Shown here: in pieces, positions 37,261 through 51,300 of the stretch
How the letters are laid out: every line of letters begins with the position of its first letter
Position numbering within the stretch: the stretch's first letter is position 1
Assembly: GCA_002269645.1 (NCBI GenBank)
Contig: NIVC01001145.1
Span: forward strand, 124,001-188,000
Reading direction: 5' to 3'
Length of the DNA: 64,000 nt
From: Macrostomum lignano
Taxonomy: Eukaryota
Notes under the pieces: generated by a model
Database searches by the model: none
What the model saw: only the letters and a program-made list of their open reading frames with translations
Told to the model about the DNA's origin: nothing
Translations under genes and position numbers: made by a program

Positions 37261-40200
37261 AATTGAATGAATGATTGATTCATTGATTCATTGATTCATT
37301 GACTGATTCATTGATTGATTGATTAGTATATCGATTACTTCACTGATTGGTCAATTATTTTACTTGAAGAACAGTCCGTTGCTTGAATGGTTAATTAGAA
37401 GATTTGTTTAATAAAATCGATTCGAACTCCCCAGCAAGCGGGCCAATTCGCTGATGCAGTGAACTTCAGCCGCTTAGTTACAAGTCAACTCTGTCCCAGT
37501 GAGTCAGGTCCCGTTTCTATGCACCTAGCAACTAAGTAGAAATGCCGATTAACGAAGAACTCTTTGGTCGCCAAATCTTGTCGGTGAGATTCGCCATCAT
37601 TTTCCAGGCTCCCGCGTGTGTCGCAGTCCCCAGTTTCGGGTGACAACGCCAGACACAAAGGCGCTTCACCTTCTTGTCGAGCAATTTAACTCAGATTTCG
37701 TGTGTGGGAAACAGAGAGAAGCTGGGTCCGCGCGCCCTGTCCGGCTTTAATCCCATCTAGCGCCGGCCCCTAATCCGCATGATCAGTAGCTTTCCGCGCT
37801 CTCTCTGTCTCTCTTCTTATTGCTTCAACGGGTGTCAGATTCATTAGCTTGATGAAGCTGCCTCACAGCATCCGCGAACCGCACTCACGCTGGCTGAGTA
37901 GATTTCTATCCGGTTATCTGTTTGTTTTTCAGTCAGCTCGGCTTCAGAGCTGTCAGCCTGACGTTTGGCCCTGATGCTTCTCTTGACTGATTCGCTTAAG
38001 AAAAACATTTTCATTTTGTTAGGATTTGGCGCGAAATCCACAGACTGAAATTAGATCTCCCAATTCAATCTCACCCTGTTCCAGTCAAATCCCATCATAT
38101 TCCAGTCCAATCTCACGCTATCTCAGTCCAATCTCAGCCTATCTCAGTCCAAACTAACCCTATCTCACTCCAATCTCAGCCTATCTTAGTCCAATCTCAC
38201 CCTGTCTTAGTCCAATCTCACCCTATTCCAGTCAAATCTCACCCTGTCCCAGTCAAATCTCACCCTGTCCCAGTCAAATCTCACCCAATAATAGTCTAAT
38301 CTCACCCTGTCCAGTCCAATCTCACCTATCTCAGTCCAATCTCACTTATCTCAGTCCAATCTCACCCTATTCCAGTCAAATCTCACCCTGTCCCAGTCAA
38401 ATCTCACCCTGTCCCAGTCTAATCTCACCCTGTCCCAGTCTAATCTCACCCTGTCCAGTCCAATCTCACCTATCTCAGTCCAATCTCACTTATCTCAGTC
38501 CAATCTCACTCTATCTCACTCCAATCTCACCAATTCTCCCGTAAGCACTGGTTGAAATTCCTCACCATTTCACAACACAGCTGGAGAACTCTGAGCCGAT
38601 GGATCTGACTTGGCCGGGCAGGGCTCGTGAACGGATCATGTACGTCCTGGTGTTCCCCATCGCCATACTGCTGTGGCTCACGCTGGCGGATGTGAGGAAG
38701 CAGGTGAGTGAGCAGGTGCAGGTCAACTGGGATTAGTTAGTTCTTAGATAGGAGCTGTGTCGGCCAGGTGTACATCTCTGTGCCTTGGGGGTTGGCGCGA
38801 ATCAAGTTCCGTACCAATCATTCATCATACAGAACCAGTTAGGCATAAGAACAAGCACCTATAGAACTATATAGTCCTTTATACATTAATTGACTATCTT
38901 TTCATGGCCAACTTTCATTGTGTTTGCTCTCCGGAATTTTTTTCGGCTCGCTTTGTCCACTTCCTACGATGCCTATCCAAGTAGAAGCCGTCTTATTATC
39001 CCAGCTTTGAAGTTAATGACGGAGTCCTTCGACTGAACCCGGCTTCTGTTGTAGAAAAGCGAAAAATTCTTCGTTTGGACTTTCATCGGCAGCATTGTGT
39101 GGATTGGCGGCTTCAGCTATCTGATGGTCTGGTGGGCCAAGCTCATCGGCGAGATTGTCGGCGTGCCCGACTCGGTGAGACTGACTGACTGACTGACTGA
39201 CTGACTGACTGACTGACTGACTGACTGACTGACTGACTGACTGACTGACTGACTGACTGACTGACTGACTGACTGACTGACTGACTGACTGACTGACTGA
39301 CTGACTGACTGACTGACTGACTGACTGACTGACTGACTGACTGACTGACTGACTGACTGACACACACTGCGACACACTGAGACACACACTGAGACACACT
39401 GAGACACACTGAGACACACACTGAGACGCACACTGAGAGACACTGAGACACACTGAGACACACACTCTGACACACTGAGACACACACTCTGACACACTGA
39501 GACACACACTCTGACACACTGAGACACACACTCTGACACACTGAGACACACACTGAGACACACTGAGACACACTGAGACACACACTAAGACACACACTGA
39601 GACACACTGAGATACACTGAGACACACTGAGACACACTGAGACACACACTGAGACACACACTGAGACACACTGAGACACACTGAGACACACACTGAGACA
39701 CACTGAGACACACACTGAGACACACACTGAGACACACACTGAGACACACACTGAGACACACACTGAGACACACACTGAGATACACACTGAGACACACTGA
39801 GACACACACTGAGACACACTGAGACACACTGAGACACACTGAGACACATACTGAGACACACTGAGACACACACTGAGACATACACTGAGACACACACTGA
39901 GACACACAAATCAAATGGCGCAACAACCCGCAGATCATGGGCCTGACATTCCTCGCCGCGGGCACCAGCGTCCCGGACCTAATCACCTCGGTCGTGGTTG
40001 CCAGGCAGGGACTCGGCGACATGGCGGTCTCCAGCTCGGTCGGATCGAACATCTTCGATGTAACAATCGGCCTGCCGCTGCCCTGGCTCATCTGGTCGCT
40101 CGTCCACTCGGCCAACCCGGTGTCCGTGAACAGCAGAGGCGCCGTCTGCAGCGTCCTGATGCTGTTCGGCATGCTCGCCTGCCTGGTGCTGAGCATTGCG

Positions 40201-40323
40201 GCCTTTCGCTGGCGCATGTCCAAAGGCCTGGGCGTCGCCATGCTGTGCCTCTACGCCGTGTTCCTCGCCGTCAGCATTCTGACCGAATACGACTACGTGC
40301 CCTGCCTGCTGGCCGCTTCTTAA
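31965..40323 (+). CDS. SLC24/NCKX: K+-dependent Na+/Ca2+ exchanger (NCKX, SLC24 family). Exons 31965-33066, 36429-36721, 38581-38703, 39055-39174, 39934-40323
   Basis: Signal peptide; YPRDVFT...[29 protein letters not shown]; alpha1 repeat [17 protein letters not shown]; alpha2 repeat [17 protein letters not shown]; [15 protein letters not shown]. All junctions are GT-AG and in phase. Confidence 0.96.
34290..34900. repeat. 10-bp repeat CTGATCTATC (NCKX intron 1)
   Basis: Read directly. Confidence 0.93.
35318..35843 (+). repeat. 21-bp minisatellite GGACAGGGTGAGATTGGAYTG
   Basis: Read directly. An inverted copy lies at 38060-38535. Confidence 0.93.
35854..36356. mobile_element. Degenerate hAT-like MITE containing a 21-bp GCGGCGCCAAAATGAGTGTCT array (~36000-36340)
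   Basis: Left end CAGGGGCGTCGTCACC versus right end GCTGACAACACCCGTT (11/16 inverted). Flanks CTGAGAGG / CTGAGAAA (6/8). Confidence 0.4.
36770..37325. repeat. (ATTG)n/(ATTT)n microsatellite
   Basis: Read directly. Confidence 0.9.
38060..38535 (-). repeat. Same 21-bp minisatellite in reverse orientation (AATCTCACCCTGTCCCAGTCA)
   Basis: The unit is the reverse complement of the 35318-35843 array. Confidence 0.88.
39178..39908. repeat. (GACT)n followed by ACTGAGACAC-type repeats (last NCKX intron)
   Basis: Read directly. Confidence 0.93.
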
Positions 40324-40544
40324 ACAAGGACCACTATGGCGCGTCAGTCAAGGACCACTGGTAGTGAACTATAAAGACAAAATAATTTGTAGGCCCACTA
40401 GAGACTTTACTGCTTGTTTTTTTACTAAAAATCCCGAATCCGAATGACACCTGAAAGTACATGCAGTACAAATTGTATTATTTCAGCATTAATTGCGTGC
40501 AAAAATAATGTGAAAGGCATACGCCAGTGCAACTGGCCCTGAGC

Positions 40545-41010
40545 CATGGCATCTCAGCAACTCCCCATTGAGCCAATTGGCATCTCAGCAACTCCCCATT
40601 GAGCCAATTGGCATCTCAGCAGCTCCCCATTGAGCCAATTGGCATCTCAGCAGCTCCCCATTGAGCCAATTGGCATCTCAGCAACTCCCCATTGAGCCAA
40701 TTGGCATCTCAGCAACTCCCCATTGAGCCATGGCATCTCAGCAACTCCCCATTGAGCCAATTGGCATCTCAGCAACTCCCCATTGAGCCAATTGGCATCT
40801 CAGCAACTCCCCATTGAGCCAATTGGCATCTCAGCAACTCCCCATTGAGCCAATTGGCATCTCAGCAACTCCCCATTGAGCCAATTGGCATCTCAGCAAC
40901 TCCCCATTGAGCCAATTGGCATCTCAGCAACTCCCCATTGAGCCAATTGGCATCTCAGCAACTCCCCATTGAGCCAATTGGCATCTCAGCAACTCCCCAT
41001 TGAGCCATGG
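40545..41010. repeat. 31-bp minisatellite GGCATCTCAGCAACTCCCCATTGAGCCAATT
   Basis: Read directly. Confidence 0.95.
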
Positions 41011-42234
41011 CATCTTGCGTGACCTTAGGGGTTATGGCACTCTTTTTGGGCCTTTTGGTCAAGCTGTGGCTAAAAGAATACTTTAAAAGCTGTCTGTCTC
41101 CGCAACGCAATTTTTATTTTTTGCGTTCTATTATTATACTTAAGCATAAAAAGTTACGGCTGATGTACATGTAATAATTCAAAGCGATCTATCCTGAATA
41201 CTTGGTTTTCAATCTGCGCCACTTTTTTCCCAGTGCTAGTCGATAATTGACAGAAAGTTTATTTACGAAATTTTTATGACTGTACGTAGACTTGAAGGCT
41301 GGTACTTTTTGTGCGCTTGCGTCACAGATTTCCAGTGTTCAATAGTAGTCTATTGTGAATGAAATTCTATTAGTGGTGTAGTTTGCACCATAGACACCTT
41401 AGCTTTCCCGTAGACAATGCCGTTTGATCTCTTCAGTCATCGAGACGAATAATCGTATGTTAAATCTAAGTCTGAATGATCGTAGAGGCACTAAAAGGCA
41501 CATGTTGCTTTTGTGAGCACTCGCCTTTTCGTCTTTTAAATTGGCGCCAAAAGATCCTAGATATAGGTTGCAATAATTTGTTTGATTGAAGTCGTCATAT
41601 TTACACTGTTATATTTTCCACTCTCGCAGTAATTGTAATTTTTCTTGTTTCCCCAACGATGTATAACGATTTATTTAAATTTGCGCTCGAATTTAAATAT
41701 TGCAAGTTATATTGTCAATTTTGCGTGTGTGCGTATGAATTTTTTTATTTTAAATTCAGTAGATTACTTGAGACCCCTCCCTATACGTTGGAATTTCATA
41801 ATTAATTGAATAATTTCCTGGCTGCCTGTACTAATTATCGTTGAGAGTTATCAAAACGAGCGCACCTCTAATTACCTGTAATTACCCTTGGGAAATAAAA
41901 TGGTGTTTAACAATCAGATAATCAGTTATTACTCTTATCTTATATATAATATCACTCGTATTTTTTGGTTCAGTTCGTGTTAATCCTTTTTTCGAAGCCA
42001 CCCCAGCACAGACACGCGAAAACCCGTAAAAGAAATTCAAATTAAAACGCTTCTGGTTTAAATTTGTTTTTGTACTTTTTGTTCGTTTAAATACACATGT
42101 AACTAGTAGCTAAATCTGCAGCCGAGTTCTGCATTTTCGTCTGCGACTGGAACCTGTTAAAGAATGTTCAGCATGGAGTCCGGAGATTTATGAGTAGATG
42201 TGAACAATTCTTGGGGTGATTCGCAGGGTACAGA

Positions 42235-42490
42235 GAGAATCTCAGGTGGATCAAGGAGAATCTCAGGTGGATCAAGGAGAATCTCAGGTGGATCAGAGAG
42301 AATCTCAGGTAGATCGGAGAGAATCTCAGGTAGATCAGAGAGAATCTCAGATAGATCAGAGAGAATCTCAGGTAGATCAGAGAGAATCTCAGGTAGATCA
42401 GAGAGAAGCTCAGGTAGATCAGAGAGAAGCTCAGGTAGATCAAAGAGAATCTCAGGTAGATCAATGAGAATCACAGGTAGATCAGAGAGA
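42235..42490. repeat. 21-bp minisatellite AATCTCAGGTAGATCAGAGAG
   Basis: Read directly. Confidence 0.92.
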
Positions 42491-42906
42491 TTCTGGCGGA
42501 GAGTCTTCTCTGCTACAGAATAAAGTCGCTGTCTTATTTAAATCAAAGGTCTTCACGTACTTGCTGAATATTTGTTTAGCTCGTACTAAGAAGCAAAATT
42601 CAAGCGAATATTTTTCAACCGGGTGGAACTTCGCGAAAGAAAGAGAAAGGTTGGAAATTTTCAATTCGCGTGCAAGTTGCCTTTCTCGAGACAAAAATTA
42701 TGATAATTTGACACCTAAACTAACGCAGGGGCTCATTAGCAGTCCTAAGCTAAGTGAAACTTTAGCCTTGCATAATAATTGCAGGTTTCAGCCGAGCTCA
42801 ACTGCATTTATATTGCCTAATTAAATGTTATCTTTGAGAATCTTCTTCTTCATCATATCATTCAAACCAAAGTTTTATCATTCCCATATACCCATTCTCT
42901 TGAATC

Positions 42907-44227
42907 TGTAGTGAAACTACAACTTAACTTTGATTTGAATTGCAATATATTTTATGAGTTAAAGACGAGAGGGCTTGGGGCGAGAAACTTAACTGCGAGA
43001 AAGAACTGTAAAAGGAAATTAGTCTATGGTAATTTATGACAAACCGAGCCGCAAATAAAAGTACAACAAAATATCTATATGACTCCCCCCTCCAAATGCG
43101 GAGCACGGGGAAAAGAGACTGTAACTGAAGTCAAAAATGGTGGGATAGCTCAACGATCAAAACAAAGTGGGTGGGAATGCAATCGAAAAATGGTTTGTGA
43201 GAGGTCGAATATTTAGAAATATTGAGAACAATGAGAAAAACGGTCAGTGAACGTTACATATTAGGTGGTTAATAATAAATGTAATCACTGCATGGGAAGA
43301 TGAATGAAGCAAAATTAGCGAGTTGCATGAAGTGAAGCGCCTAAGGGGTGCTACTGGGCTGTTCTGTTGGACGCATTGTTGTCGGCGGGAAAGCTTCCTT
43401 GGTGCTGGGTTGTGTTGGGAGGTGTTGAGCTGGTTTGCGGTGTCCGGTCCTCTCGAGGTACTCCCTACTATGCTCCAGAAGGGCGGATTGTCGCGTGACC
43501 AGCGCGAACTGCTGAAGATGCCGAGTGCAGACAGACGACGACCAGAATTGAGGGTACGACTGAGGCGGAACGTCGCTCTGCGGCTGAGGCAACGCAGGTG
43601 GAACGCACGAGGAGAACCGAAAGCTGCTGATGCGGCCGGCCGTGATGCACCGTCGGGTTGTCATTGACCTCGTGGGAGGCTCATTATTTTGGCGACTTAC
43701 CGACGGGATTGGCCGGGACTGGCAAATCGGTGGAAGTGTAATGCATGGTGCTGCTGACAACGGAAACTCGATCGAAGACTTTGATGAACCCGTGTAGGCA
43801 CATATAATTGGTCGTCGATGAGCTCCGTGCCAGACATCAGGTTGAACTCTGTGGTTGCTATAGTGATGCCGCGTGGATGCAGATGTTGACGAAATGATGA
43901 TGCATGGCTACATGGCACGGCAGAACGATGACGACATGGGCGGTGCCGGGGTGATGACGCTATATACAGTGCATATCGATATGGCGATTAGTGCAGCCCC
44001 CGGATGGGGACGCAGTTGGACCTACGCTCGTAACGGCGCCTCACCGGACCAATTTGTAGTGAAACTACAACTTAACTTTGATTTGAATTGCAATATATTT
44101 TATGAGTTAAAGACGAGAGGGCTTGGGGCGAGAAACTTAACTGCGAGAAAGAACTGTAAAAGGAAATTAGTCTATGGTAATTTATGACAAACCGAGCCGC
44201 AAATAAAAGTACAACAAAATATCTATA
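42907..44227 (-). mobile_element. Non-autonomous LTR retroelement (TRIM-like, 1321 bp). LTRs 42907-43079 and 44055-44227
   Basis: Two 173-bp direct repeats, identical by eye; 4-bp TSD AATC (42903-42906 / 44228-44231). On the minus strand a PBS-like TGGTCCGGTGAGG follows the 5' LTR after 3 nt, and a PPT GGAGGGGGGAG precedes the 3' LTR. No gag/pol motif was recognised. Confidence 0.85.
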
Positions 44228-44745
44228 AATCCCATTCCCGAGAATCCCATTCCCGAGAATTCCATTCACAAAAATCCTGTTTCCAAGAATCCCATTCTCG
44301 AGAATCCCATTCCCGAGAATCCCACTCCCGAGAATCCCACCCCAAGAATCCCATTCCCTAGAATTCCTTTCCCATGAATCCAATTCCCTAGAATCGCTTT
44401 CCAGTGAATCCAATTCTGAGAATTCCATTCCCGAGAATCCCATTCCCGAGTATCCCATTCCCGAGAATCCCATTCCCGAGTATCCCACTCCCGAGAGTCC
44501 CACTCCCGAGAGTCCCATTCCCTAGAATCCCATTCCCGAGAATCCCATTCCCGAGAATCCCATTCCCGAGTATCCCACTCCCGAGAGTCCCACTCCCGAG
44601 AGTCCCATTCCCTAGAATCCCATTCCCGAGTATCCCACTCCCGAGAGTCCCACTCCCGAGAGTCCCATTCCCTAGAATCCCATTCCCGAGAATCCCATTC
44701 CCGAGAATCCCATTCCCTAGAATCCCATTCCCTAGAATCCCTAAG
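44228..44745. repeat. 15-bp satellite GAATCCCATTCCCGA; the LTR element sits at its left edge
   Basis: Read directly. Degenerate units also occur just left of 42907. Confidence 0.92.
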
Positions 44746-45340
44746 AATTGAATCCCAAGGAGCCTAAACTTCGGGTAACGTGGTACGAAAGTCAGTAGCA
44801 ACTCAGTAAGACTCTGGAAAAATTTAAAGAAAAGTACATCTCATACTGCAAGCGGCGCACTCGCATTTGTATGTTCGGCTTTGTTCATTCACCAAAAAAT
44901 GATTTCCAGCCAGGCATGAAAAGCGGCCGAGTTTAACAAATTTTCGTAATTGAGAGAGAGAGAGAGAGAATGTGAGGATAAACAGAGAAACTAATTAGTA
45001 AAAGTAAGGTACAACTAAGAAGTAGAGACAGGAAAAATGGATGCTCCAGGTAAAAAATGAACAACTCCGGGTCCATGAGAAGGTTATTTTTTGAAAAACT
45101 TTTTCTAGACGAACTCATTAAAAATGGGACAGCGGCATTCAACCCAAAAAATAACAGCCCGACGAAAATTGCTGATTCGACTGTCTGGCGGCTATGAATT
45201 TTCAATTATTTTTTTAAATTCAAATATTCGTAAAAAACATTTGCCAGTAGTATGAATAGCGTTTGTTTCCTATTTTTCCAAAAATTGTCGAATCAACGCT
45301 TCAATATTTGTTTAAAACGCTCTTTCGATTGGTAAAGTTT

Positions 45341-48300
45341 TCACTTCTTCTTCTTAATTTGCATATCCAGCTTCTTTTTGTATTCGTCCATCATCGCTTT
45401 GCTCGGCCGTTTGCCAACTTTAAAGTGCAGCAACACTGCCGAGTTCTGCACCACCTCGGTGAGCATCTCCGGGGTCAGGTATTTCCACGCGTCTCGGCTG
45501 GCGTTGAGGTCGCGAACGATGCCGTAACGAATAGAGGTCATGGCGGTGGCCACCCGAGGGTGCAGTTCGAAGTCAACAGAGTTGGGCGCGTACGGTGGGT
45601 ACGAGTCTTTGGCTAGAAAGTCCACGATCTCCTTGCTGCTGATGAGAATGGCGGTCATCAGGGCGCTGATCCGAGCGATGGCACCTGTGCGGAGAAAGCA
45701 CTGTACGCTGTCAGGTGACTTTCACAGGTACAGCGACTCTGGGCTGCCCCATCTATAGAGCATCTATTGAACTGTCATTAGGCATCAACTGAACTGTCAT
45801 TAGGCATCAACTGAACTGTCATTAGGAATCTATTGAACTGTCATTAGGCATCAACTGAACTGTCATTAGGCATCAACTGAACTGTCATTAGGCATCAACT
45901 GAACTGTCATTAGGCATCAACTCAACTGTCATTAGGCATCAACTGAACTGTCATTAGGAATCTATTGAACTGTCATTAGGCATCAACTGAACTGTCATTA
46001 GGCATCAACTGAACTGTCATTAGGCATCAACTGAACTGTCATTAGGCATCAACTCAACTGTCATTAGGCATCAACTGAACAGTCATTAGGCATCTATTGA
46101 ACTGTCATTAGGCATCTATTGAACTGTCATTAGGCATCCATTGAACTGTCATTAGGCATCTATTGAACTTTCATTAGACATCTAATGAATTGTCTAGTCT
46201 TACTCCTACTTCAAGTAGCTTTTAAGCATATTATACATTTTTGACGAAAATATTTAATTACAGGGTGTATCGAGTCTTCATTAGGTTAATTATCTATCTA
46301 ATCACTTCAGGGGTAATCTTTAGCAGGCTGAAAATATCCAGTATAGCAAAATGCGAACAGTTGACTTAATTTAGAAGGTAATAAACGGCACACCTTGAGT
46401 ACCCGAGTAGACCCTGTAATTGCAGTCTGTGCCATAGGGTCTAGCTAAAGCCTATTTTTACACACTTTTATTTTCATCCGCCGCTAATATCCGACAATCG
46501 AGATGGACCCGGGCGCATATAAAATTCATTGGAAAATCCGATACTTCTCACTGTTAAGTCTCTACAAGTTGGCTATGAACCGGCGGATTGCTTATCCGAG
46601 AAGGGGAACAAGCTGGGATTTATTCTGAAGATTCCTCTCTAAACCGCGAGCTAGCTGCTTTTTTCCTATACATTTTGTCGGGAATGTCGGGATAGATTAG
46701 AAATTGCTGTTGAAGTATGCATAGTTACACACGATCAAGGGATAAGCTTTTAGGAAACATGCAGCAACTAAGGACAGACAGACAGGGAGAGGGGAGAGAC
46801 AGACAGGGAGAGGGGAGAGACAGACAGCGAGAGGGGTGAGACAGACAGGGAGAGGGGTGAGACAGACAGGGAGAGAGGGGTGAGACAGACAGGGAGAGAG
46901 GGGAGAGACAGGCAGGGAGAGGGGAGAGACAGACAGCGAGAGGGGTGAGACAGACAGGGAGAGAGGGGTGAGACAGACAGGGAGAGAGGGGTGAGACAGA
47001 CAGGGAGAGGAGTGAGACTGACGGGGAGAGAGGGGTGAGACAGACAGGGAGAGGGGTGAGACAGACAGGGAGAGGGGAGAGACAGACAGGGAGAGGGGTG
47101 AGACTGACGGGGAGAGGGGTGAGACAGACAGGGAGAGGGGTGAGACAGACAGGGAGAGGGGTGAGACAGACAGGGAGAGGGGAGAGACAGACAGGGAGAG
47201 GGGTGAGACTGACGGGGAGAGGGGTGAGACAGACAGGGAGAGGGGTGAGACAGACAGGGAGAGGGGTGAGACAGACAGCGAGAGGGGTGAGACAGACAGG
47301 GAGAGGGGAGAGACAGACAGGGAGAGGGGTGAGACTGACGGGGAGAGGGGTGAGACAGACAGGCAAAGGGGCGAGACTGACGGGGAGAGGGGTGAGACTG
47401 ACGGGGAGAGGGGTGAGACAGACAGGGAGAGGAGTGAGACTGACGGGGAGAGGGGCGAGACAGACGAAGAGAGGGGAGAGACGGAGGAGGAGAAGGATAA
47501 AATAGGCGGGAGATAGGGGTGAGACAGACAGGGAGAGAGGTGAGACAGACAGGCAAAGGGGTGAGGCAGACGGGGAAATGGGTGAGACAGACAGGAAAAG
47601 GGGTGAGACGGACGGGGAAATGGGTGAGACAGACAGGAAAAGGGGTGAGACAGACGGGGAAATGGGTGAGACAGACAGGAAAAGGGGTGAGACGGACGGG
47701 GAAATGGGTGAGACAGACAGGAAAAGGGGTGAGACGGACGGGGAAATGGGTGAGACAGACGAAGAGAGGGGAGAGACGGAGGAGGAGAAGGATAAAATAG
47801 GCGGGAGATAGGAGTGAGACAGACAGGGAGAGAGGTGAGACAGACAGGCAAAGGGGTGAGACAGACGGGGAAATGGGTGAGACAGACAGGAAAAGGGGTG
47901 AGACGGACGGGGAAATGGGTGAGACAGACAGGAAAAGGGGGTTAGCCAGACGGAGAGAGAAAGGAGAGCAGACGAGGAGAGGGGAGAAGAGGTCGGCACT
48001 CACTTGTTCGCTGCTGTTTCACCGCCTCCAACGCCCTCCAGCGAGGATGGCCAGCCCGAATGCTCTGTACAATGGAATCGATGGCCGCTTGCTCGCAGCC
48101 GATGCTGTTCAGCAGGCACACCACCATATTGCGGACGTCTCGGCACCGGCCGTGCTCAGGATCGAGCTGCTGGCCGAAGCCGAAGTAACTCCGACGATGC
48201 ACGTAGACTGAGACAGCCTCCATGCACTGCTGCCTGCAGCGCTCCCGCTCCAGGCCCAGAAGCACGATGCGCAGCGGCTCCGAGCAGTGCTCAGCCTCGT

Positions 48301-51300
48301 CTGGCGATTGCATGTTAGACTTCTTCTTTTTTTCTGCCGCCGCGTGATTGTTGCTGTTGCTGGGCGGCTGAGTTTCTGAAAGTTGGGAAGCTAAAATCAA
48401 AATCATATTTGCTTTATATGATAAACAAATGGCAGAAACTCTGCCCTCTCCGCTGACTGTTAAGCACACACTCACACACACGCTCACACAGGGTGTACAC
48501 CGGCCCCTTGACTTTCAAATCGTCAGGCATGTGCACTCTCTGTGCCCTGGGTGTTGGCCCGCATGTGTGACCAATTTCCGTGCAACACAAGCCCTAGATG
48601 AATGGGACCAGGGGTTCGGCGTTCCCGTTCCTCACTCACTCGTGCTGCAATTGTTCTCATTGCTGTCCTCAGGTTTCGGATCCGGTTTGATGTCGTCCAG
48701 GGCCTGCGCCATCAGCACTTCGGTATTGAGCCCGTCAGCTCTGGCCTCCCTGAGCAGTTCTCGAATATCGGCCGCCCTCTGCTTGGTTTGCCGCAGGCGG
48801 TCAGCCAGGTCGCACAAGCTCGCCAGGCTTTTGACCCCGATGACCGGCACGCTAAGCGGCTGGTCGCCGAACTCCATCGCGCCGGGCTGTCGGGCGTACA
48901 CGGCCGGATCGACCTGACCTTTGCCTGCTTTGCCCGACTTGCCCGACTTTTTTGTCGATTTTTTGCCCGACTTATCCGACTTCGACTTTGATTTGGAATT
49001 TTTTGCAGCGGCATCGTCGGAGGCTTTGGGCTTGGCCACGGACTCCACGGGGAAGCGAGAGTAGCAGTAGCCGGGGCAGGAGGTCACCGAGTTGACCAGA
49101 GCGGCCAGCGGGAAGGACGGCCTGCTGGAGTGCAGTGCCAGGGCGGCGTCCAGCCAGTCTCGGTAATAAATCAGTCGGCGCTCGAATCGCCTGCGCAGCG
49201 GCATCGCGAAGGCTTTGCCGGGCACCCAGCCCGCCTGCTGCATCGGCGTCGCGGCCTGGAACACTGAGCGCCGGAGCAGCAGCATGTACAGCGGGAAGGC
49301 GTGGAAATCGCCATCCACAGAGTCTTGCAGGTGGGTGGCGTACTGCGGCTCGTTGGGCGACGCCACTGGCGAGTTGTTGGAACTGCGGAAGCTCAACAGC
49401 AAGTCGACCACCTCGAACTGCGGGGCCGTAGGAGCGGATGGCGCTGGGGACTTCACTTATCCGTCCATCCATCCATCCATTCATCCATCCATCCATCCAT
49501 CCATCCATCCATCCATCCATCCATCCATCCATCCATCCATCCATCCATCCATCCATCCATCCATCCATCCATTCATTCATCTATCCACCCATCCACCCAT
49601 CCACCCATCCATCCATCCATCCATCCATTCATCCATCCATCCATCCATCCATCCATCCATCCATTCATTCATCTATCCACCCATCCATCCATCCATCCAT
49701 CCATCCATCCATCCATCCATCCATTCATTCATCTATCCACCCATCCACCCATCCATCCATCCATCCATCCATCCATCCATCCATCCATCCATCCATCCAT
49801 CCATCCATCCATCCATCCATCCATCCATCCATCCATCCATCCATCCATCCATCCATCCATCCATCCATTCATTCATCTATCCACCCATCCACCCATCCAT
49901 CCATCCATCCATCCATCCATCCATCCATCCATTCATTCATCTATCCACCCATCCACCCATCCATCCATCCATCCATCCATCCATCCATCCATTCATCCAT
50001 TCATCCATCCACCCATCCATCCACCCATCCATCCATTCATTCATATATCCACCCATCCACCCATCCATCCATCCATCCATCCATCCATCCATCCATCCAT
50101 CCATCCATCCATCCATCCATCCATCCATCCATCCATCCATCCATCCATCCATCCATCCATCCATCCATCCATCCATCCATCCATCCATCCATCCATCCAT
50201 CCATCCATCCATTCATTCATCTATCCACCCATCCACCCATCCATCCATCCATCCATCCATCCATCCATCCATCCATTCATTCATCTATCCACCCATCCAC
50301 CCATCCATCCATCCATCCATTCATCCATTCATCCATCCACCCATCCATCCACCCATCCATCCATTCATTCATCTATCCACCCATCCACCCATCCATCCAT
50401 CCATCCATCCATCCATCCATCCATCCATCCATCCATCCATCCATCCATCCATCCATCCATCCATCCATCCATCCATCCATCCATCCATCCATCCATCCAT
50501 CCATCCATCCATCCATCCATCCATCCATCCATCCATCCATCCATCCATCCATCCATCCATCCATCCATCCATCCATCCATCCATCCATCCATCCATCCAT
50601 TCATTCATCTATCCACCCATCCACCCATCCATCCATCCATCCATCCATCCATCCATCCATCCATCCATTCATTCATCTATCCACCCATCCACCCATCCAT
50701 CCATCCATCCATCCATCCATCCATCTATTCATTCATCTATCCACCCATCCACCCATCCATCCATCCATCCATCCATCCATCCATCCATCCATCCATCCAT
50801 CCATTCATTCATCTATCCACCCATCCACCCATCCATCCATCCATCCATCCATCCATCCATCCATCCATCCATCCATCCATTCATTCATCTATCCACCCAT
50901 CCACCCATCCATCCATCCATCCATCCATCCATCCATCCATTCATTCATCTATCCACCCATCCACCCATCCATCCATCCATCCATCCACCCATCCACCCAT
51001 CCATCCATCCATCCATCTATCCACCTATCCACCCACCCATCCACCCATCCATCCATCCATCCATCCATTCATCCATCCATCCATCCATCCATCCATCCAT
51101 CCATCCATCCATCCATCCATCCATTCATTCATCTATCCACCCATCCACCCATCCATCCATCCATCCATCCATCCATCCATCCATCCATCCATCCATCCAT
51201 CCATCCATCCATCCATCCATCCATCCATCCATCCATCCATCCATTCATTCATCTATCCACCCATCCACCCATCCATCCATCCATCCATCCATCCATCCAT

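Noticed and set aside
37590-37680. Strong-looking acceptor (CATTTTCCAG) inside NCKX intron 2
   Set aside because: It hits a stop in the required phase and has no convincing donor; the NCKX model is complete without it.
42121-42215. Possible + strand exon (EFCIFVCDWNLLKNVQHGVRRFMSRCEQFL)
   Set aside because: Weak donor, no compatible neighbouring exons and no recognisable homology.
46725-48003. 384-424 aa minus-strand Pro/Ser/Leu-rich ORFs
   Set aside because: Translation of the 21-bp purine-rich satellite within an intron.
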